Below, one piece after another: positions 58,901-64,000 of a DNA stretch of 64,000 nucleotides. A program made the position numbers and the translations under genes. The stretch comes from Macrostomum lignano (lineage: Eukaryota). The DNA is taken from positions 248,001 through 312,000 of the forward strand of contig NIVC01001007.1 of the NCBI GenBank assembly GCA_002269645.1, read 5' to 3'. Numbering within the stretch: position 1 is the first letter of the stretch; every line of letters starts with the position of its first letter. The notes under the pieces were generated by a model. That model worked only from the letters and a program-made list of their open reading frames with translations, was not told where the DNA came from and searched no databases.

Positions 58901-59353
58901 AACGCGTATACTGTAAGTTGCTATTAATGGGAAGCAGTCACGTGACAGCAGGCAACAGTGGGGCTAACACTATGAATCTAAGATTCCCACCAGTCTATAG
59001 CTAAGCCGCAAGTCTCAATCTGTACTACTCCACAGGGCTTCAACGGTCAGATGGGCCTATTTAACGGCGGTCGATTAAAGAATCCGCTAGGACCGGAGCT
59101 GCGCTCAATTCAAGCTGAAGAATCCTGGATTGGCGTATCTTATGGCGTCGCCTCGCTTATGCTAGAGTCCGGACTCGCTGAGCAGGCCTGGTCCTGCGCC
59201 GCCGGCACCTACGAAACCGTGTGGAACGATTTCGGGCTGGCTTATCAGACGCCGGAGGCGATCTTCTCCGATAGGCGGTTCCGCTCGTTAGGCTATATGC
59301 GACCGCTGTGCGTGTGGGCTCTGCTTAGGTCGGCTAGGAAATCTTCATCGTAA
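50642..59353 (+). CDS. GBA2: Non-lysosomal glucosylceramidase (GH116), ~870 aa; apparent 1-nt frameshift at 50921-50923
   Basis: Exons are 50642-51267, 52038-52292, 54056-54354, 55167-55567, 56061-56168, 56988-57206, 58043-58428 and 59036-59353, with consistent phases once one T is restored. Motifs include GVPLGGLGCG, LYPQSWTVY, PHDYKDSCLPV, LPDWFKSAVFNE, YLEGHEYRMFSTYDVH, PHDLGDP, DLNPKFVLSVYRD, ADQTYDAW, YQTPEA and YMRPL. Confidence 0.95.
51490..52000. repeat. (TCTG)n microsatellite in GBA2 intron 1
   Basis: Directly visible. Confidence 0.95.
52450..53700. repeat. 42-bp minisatellite (CCAATTCCAAATCCCAATTTCAAGATTTCTGGTGTCTATCTG) in GBA2 intron 2
   Basis: Directly visible array of about 1.2 kb. 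Confidence 0.97.
54480..54940. repeat. 14-bp minisatellite (CCCAGATCCCCAAT)n in GBA2 intron 3
   Basis: Directly visible. Confidence 0.92.
55585..55960. repeat. (GTTA/GTCA)n microsatellite in GBA2 intron 4
   Basis: Directly visible. Confidence 0.95.
56210..56925. repeat. ~21-bp degenerate minisatellite (ATCCCAAATCCCCATTCTAGA) in GBA2 intron 5
   Basis: Directly visible. Confidence 0.88.
57560..57990. repeat. 21-bp minisatellite (CCCAGAATCTCACCCTAGAAT) in GBA2 intron 6
   Basis: Directly visible. Confidence 0.92.
58500..58830. repeat. ~16-bp C-rich minisatellite (CTCTCCCCTCTCCGCC) in GBA2 intron 7
   Basis: Directly visible. Confidence 0.9.
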
Positions 59354-60769
59354 TTTACTACTGACTTGTGGTTAGGCAAGTAGTAACTACTGACAGCGAC
59401 GCTGTGTGTTTTTATATAGTTTTTTGATATTTTTGTTTTTTCTAACAATTTAAAGAATATTTAATAGAAAAATAGTATCGATTATTTTAGGTATTCTCCT
59501 AAAGCTGATTTCCCATTGGAATTTTTTCTAGGAATATCCCTGAATATCTTCCATGGGATTCCCCAAAGGATTTCTCATGCAATTACATAGGGACTTCCTA
59601 AGGATTCCTCGTACAATTCCCCTGTAGATTCCCCAAGAATTCCCCCGTGCAATTCCCCAGGGATTCTCTAAGGATTTCCCATACAATTTACTGCAGATTC
59701 CCCAAGAATTCCCCAGAGATTCCCTAAGGATTTCCCATCCAGTTCCCTTGTAGATTCTCCAAAAGTCCCCCATACAGTTCCCTATGTATTTCTTAAGGAT
59801 TTCCCATGTAATTCCCCAGCTATTCACCAAAATATGGTGAATCCTATAGGATTATCTACAGAGACAGTCTAACGGATCTAGTATGCTTCTGTTAGTGTCC
59901 TGAAATAGATTTTCTCGTAAATTCATAAACAACTGTTTCTTAAAGAGCTTATTAAATGTTTTTTTCGCTTTAAGTATGTACTCATTAACCCTATAGAACG
60001 CATGTGCAATGCCGAAGATTCCCAATTTTTGGTCAGCCAATAACTTCGGCTACTCCTGAAACTTCGTTAGTTTAGTAAAATATCGACTGCTATTTCCTAC
60101 TACCTGATTATAATATTTTGGTTAATTTTTATAAAGATAGGCATATTGGCTTTCTTTCAGCAAATTTTCATTGTGTGCGTTTGTTTGTTTTGTCATGCAG
60201 ACATGTCTGTCGATTTTATAATTGTTTTCAATAAAAGTACAAAAAATATGCGGTTTTTTTCTCAACTACTTTTCTACTGTTAGTAGATTATGCGGAAATT
60301 TTGTTGTTATTTTATTTGTTTTTTATTCAATTTGATCGAAGTATTTCTCTTCCATTGTTTTTAATTGACAATTCAGTTAGTTTTACAAAAACCCTCAAGT
60401 GTGTGCAGATAAACTTTTAATTGCTAGCTGCAGTTATCGGTTTCTATTAGAAATTGATTGATTGATCAATTGACGTTGCTTTCAATTGTTTATTATATTT
60501 ATTATAGATATTTTTGTTAATTGTTTTTAACAGAGCTTTACTTGTTATTATTATAATTTTTATTATTATTATTATTATTTATTATAATAAGATCCAGCCC
60601 CTTTGTATCTGTGCTTCCTTTACTGTACATGCACGATAACTGAATAGTATTCGAATAAAAGTACATTGTGCACTTTCATGTCTCTTCTGGCCTAATTTCA
60701 ATCCGAACTTGTCTTTAATCGTATCTAATCGAACTTAGGCGTAATAGTTATTTGTACTCCTCTCTGCCT

Positions 60770-61100
60770 GCCCCTCCCCCATTCTACCCCATCTTCTACC
60801 CTATCTACCCACTCTACCCCATCTTCTACCCTATGTACCCACTCTACCCCATCTTCTACCCTATCTACCCACTCTACCCCATCTTCTACCCTATGTACCC
60901 ACTCTACCCCATCTTCTACCCTATGTACCCACTCTACCCCATCTTCTACCATATCTACCCATTCTACCCCATCTTCTACCCTATCTACCCACTCTACTCC
61001 ATCTTCTACCCTATCTACCCACTCTACCCCATCTTCTACCCTATCTACCCACTCTACTCCATCTTCTACCCTATGTACCCACTCTACCCCAAATATTGCC
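60770..61100. repeat. 30-bp minisatellite (ACTCTACCCCATCTTCTACCCTATCTACCC)
   Basis: Directly visible; GGG runs on the minus strand. Confidence 0.93.
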
Positions 61101-61929
61101 TTATTTCCCAATCTCTACCCTTACTACCCCTATCCAGTTAACTATACTCTACACTTTACCCTCTCTCTATATCTATATCTACCCCTATCTATCCCTATCT
61201 CCATAATCTACCTGTTGCCCCTATATCTGCATCTACAAGCTAATTCCGTTTTTCTCTTCCACCTCTCTCCCAGACTCGCCCTCTGCAACTTGGAATTATA
61301 TTCATATATGTTAGTTTTCACAGTATGTCCCCTTTAATATTATATTCGCCAAACTATTATAGTGACATTTAATCTGCAATTGTAAGCATTGAATATCTTC
61401 AGCTGACAATGTGCTAATTATATTTAGAATAGCTTTTTTCTAAGTAAATTAATCAACTAATAAAATAGAGCAAACTGTTTGTTAATGTTTGTTATAATTT
61501 GTATTCATTTTTTACAATATTTTGCATACTAAATACGCTTATTATAGTGGATGTTTAAGAGCGTAAGATTGTGTACCTACTTTTTAGCTGTAGTAGATCA
61601 CAAGACTCAACCCCTGGACAGTTTAGCTACTTCAACAAATGAATGCTCTTTTAGTATAGGGTCTGTCCTCTGCTGCTGTGTCTCCCTATACTCATATTCT
61701 TAGTTCAGCTGGCCAGAGACTTAAAACTGGAGTAGGAAAGAAATGACAATTTAGCAATTCCAGCCATTGTCTAGCTGTATTGTGCGAACCCCTGCGCTCG
61801 CCGGCAAAGCATTCGGAGTGCAGCCATGGGAGACCCACAGTCAAAGTCTAGAGCATAGCAACTCCTCAGACAACTGTAGGCTGAATGCAGGTTTTACACA
61901 CAGTTTAATGCTACTATACCGTAGGAAAA

Positions 61930-63270
61930 GAGGGAAGAAGGGAGAGGGAAAGAAGAGGTAGAGGAGAGAAGAGGGGAGAGGACAGAAGAGAAGAGGGGGA
62001 GAGGTGTGAGGAGAGAAGAAGGGAGAGGAGAGGAGAGAAGAGATGAGATGAGAGGAGCAAAGAGGGGAGAGGAGAAAAGAGGAGAGGGTAGATAAGATAA
62101 GAAGGGAAGGGAGATGAGAGAAGAGGGGAAGGGAGATGAGAGAAGAGGGGAAGGGAGATGAGAGAAGAGGGGAAAGGAGATGAGAGAAGAAGGAAAGGGA
62201 GATAAGATAAGAAGGGAAGGGAGATGAGAGAAGAGGGGAAGGGAGATGAGAGAAGAGGGGAAGGGAGATGAGAGAAGAGGGGAAGGGAGATGAGAGAAGA
62301 AGGAAAGGGAGATAAGATAAGAAGGGAAGGGAGATGAGAGAAGAGGGGAAGGGAGATGAGAGAAGAGGGGAAGGGAGATGAGAGAAGAGGGGAAGGGAGA
62401 TGAGAGAAGAGGGGAAAGGAGATGAGAGAAGAAGGAAAGGGAGATAAGATAAGAAGGGAAGGGAGATTAGAGAAGAGGGGAAGGGAGATGAGAGAAGAGG
62501 GGAAGGGAGATGAGAGAAGAGGGGAAAGGAGATGAGAGAAGAAGGAAAGGGAGATGAGAGAAGAAGGGAAGGGAGATGAGAGAAGAAGGGAAGGGAGATG
62601 AGAGAAGAGGGGAAGGGAGATGAGAGAAGAGGGGAAGGGAGATGACAGAAGAAAGGAAGGGAGATGAGAGAAGAGGTGAAAGGAGATGAGAGAAGAGGGG
62701 AAGGGAGATGAGAGAAGAAGGGAAGGGAGATGAGAGAAGAAGGGAAGGGAGATGAGAGAAGAAGGGAAGGGAGATGAGAGAAGAGGGGAAAGGAGATGAG
62801 AGAAGAGGGGAAGGGAGATGAGAGAAGAGGGGAAAGGAGATGAGAGAAGAGGGGAAGGGAGATGAGAGAAGAAGGGAAGGGAGATGAGAGAAGAGGGGAA
62901 GGGAGATGAGAGAAGAGGGGAAGGGAGATGAGAGAAGAGGGGAAGGGAGATGAGAGAAGAGGGGAAGGGAGATGAGAGAAGAGGGGAAGGGAGATGAGAG
63001 AAGAGGGGAAAGGAGATGAGAGAAGAAGGAAAGGGAGATGAGAGAAGAAGGGAAGGGAGATGAGAGAAGAGGGGAAGGGAGATGAGAGAAGAAGGGAAGG
63101 GAGATGAGAGAAGAAGGGTAGGGAGATGAGAGAAGAGGTGAAGGGAGATGAGAGAAGAAGGGAAGGGAGATGAGAGAAGAGGTGAAGGGAGATGAGAGAA
63201 GAGGGGAAGGGAGATGAGAGAAGAGGGGAGAGGAGTGAAAAGGGGAGGGGAGAGAAAGAAAGAGAGAAGA
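61930..63270. repeat. ~22-bp polypurine minisatellite (GGGAGATGAGAGAAGAGGGGAA)n, ~1.3 kb
   Basis: Directly visible; almost exclusively purines on the plus strand. Confidence 0.95.
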
Positions 63271-63619
63271 AAACACGAACAATCAGCAGGCAATCAGCAA
63301 GTTTCAAAGTAGCCAATGGCCGGATAGAGAGACGTCACGCGTCAAATCCGGGCAGTGCAGTCAGGCCTAAAGTTGTCTAAAGAGTTGCTACTCCATGCTC
63401 TGCTTTAAGTCCTCCTTGGGTATGGCTAAAGGGGTAAGGAGAGAGAGAGAGAGAACTGACAGAGTCTGGTTGGGTGGCACTTGTATAGAGTCTCGCTAGC
63501 TAGCTAGGGTGTATTAATACAACTGTTAGGCAGCCGCTGCTACCCAATAGTTTTATTAAGCGTTCATTGCGACTTGGTTTAGCTACAGATTAATATATAT
63601 ATATAATCCCTATTCCTCA

Positions 63620-63988
63620 ATGCAGCCTCCATCGGTGCCATCAGTGCTAGCGGCTGGTGCTTTGGCGGTGCCGCTGGCTTTGGTCTTTTCGCGACTATTC
63701 TTCGAATCTAGCGTTGCTTGGGGCGTGAAACTGTTGCTAACCGGTCTATTGACTGTTTCTATCCTGTTGCTGGGCAAATTTGCCTGGCGTCTGATATCAG
63801 CCTATCGTACCAAGCGCAAGACTAAGAAAGAGCAATTAGAGAAGAAGGCAAGGCTATGGAATAAATTGAATAGTCTGGGCGGACCAGTGGCCAATTCTAA
63901 AACTTTGTGCCTGGAAGAGTACGAGGATTTGAAAAATCGAATGCAAAGTGGAGCTTTGGCGCCTATTGATGTTCTGGAGGCCTTTCAG
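63620..63988 (+). CDS. First exon of a FAAH-like amidase-signature protein; gene continues beyond the right edge
   Basis: A 123-codon ORF runs from the ATG to donor CAG|GTAAGC. It has a hydrophobic N-terminal anchor, a basic stretch (RTKRKTKK), then LCLEEYEDLKNRMQSGALAPIDVLEAFQ, resembling the L..L..KL.SGELS..DVL..YQ segment of FAAH1-type proteins. It is missing from the supplied ORF track. The catalytic region is outside the window. Confidence 0.62.
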
Positions 63989-64000
63989 GTAAGCGATTGG

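Noticed and set aside
61841-63316. 491-, 459- and 271-aa Ser/Leu/Pro ORFs
   Set aside because: Artefacts of the polypurine/polypyrimidine array.

Overview
This is eukaryotic (animal) genomic DNA with GT-AG introns. GC-richer exons, minisatellite-filled introns and a very high TE load suggest an invertebrate, plausibly a Macrostomum-like flatworm; the host is inferred, not established. Exon-by-exon reconstruction supports six genes: TRAPPC9 (-, runs off the left edge), a SWEET/SLC50A1 sugar transporter (-, 5 exons), MGAT2 (+, 6 exons), an unrecognised ~796-aa low-complexity protein (-, 2 exons), GBA2 (+, 8 exons, with an apparent 1-nt homopolymer frameshift in exon 1) and the first exon of a FAAH-like amidase (+, runs off the right edge). 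The intergenic DNA is packed with transposons. These include a near-intact mariner, a long-TIR internally deleted mariner, a 5.2-kb hAT element containing a BED-transposase remnant and a nested Mutator/foldback element, a rearranged RNase H-bearing LINE, a fossil LINE endonuclease, two tRNA-derived SINEs, several MITEs, and a hairpin-ended repeat family carrying different satellites. Most long introns hold their own tandem array. Some arrays are built from transcription-factor-site-like or splice-site-like units. Most ORFs in the supplied track are repeat or antisense artefacts.
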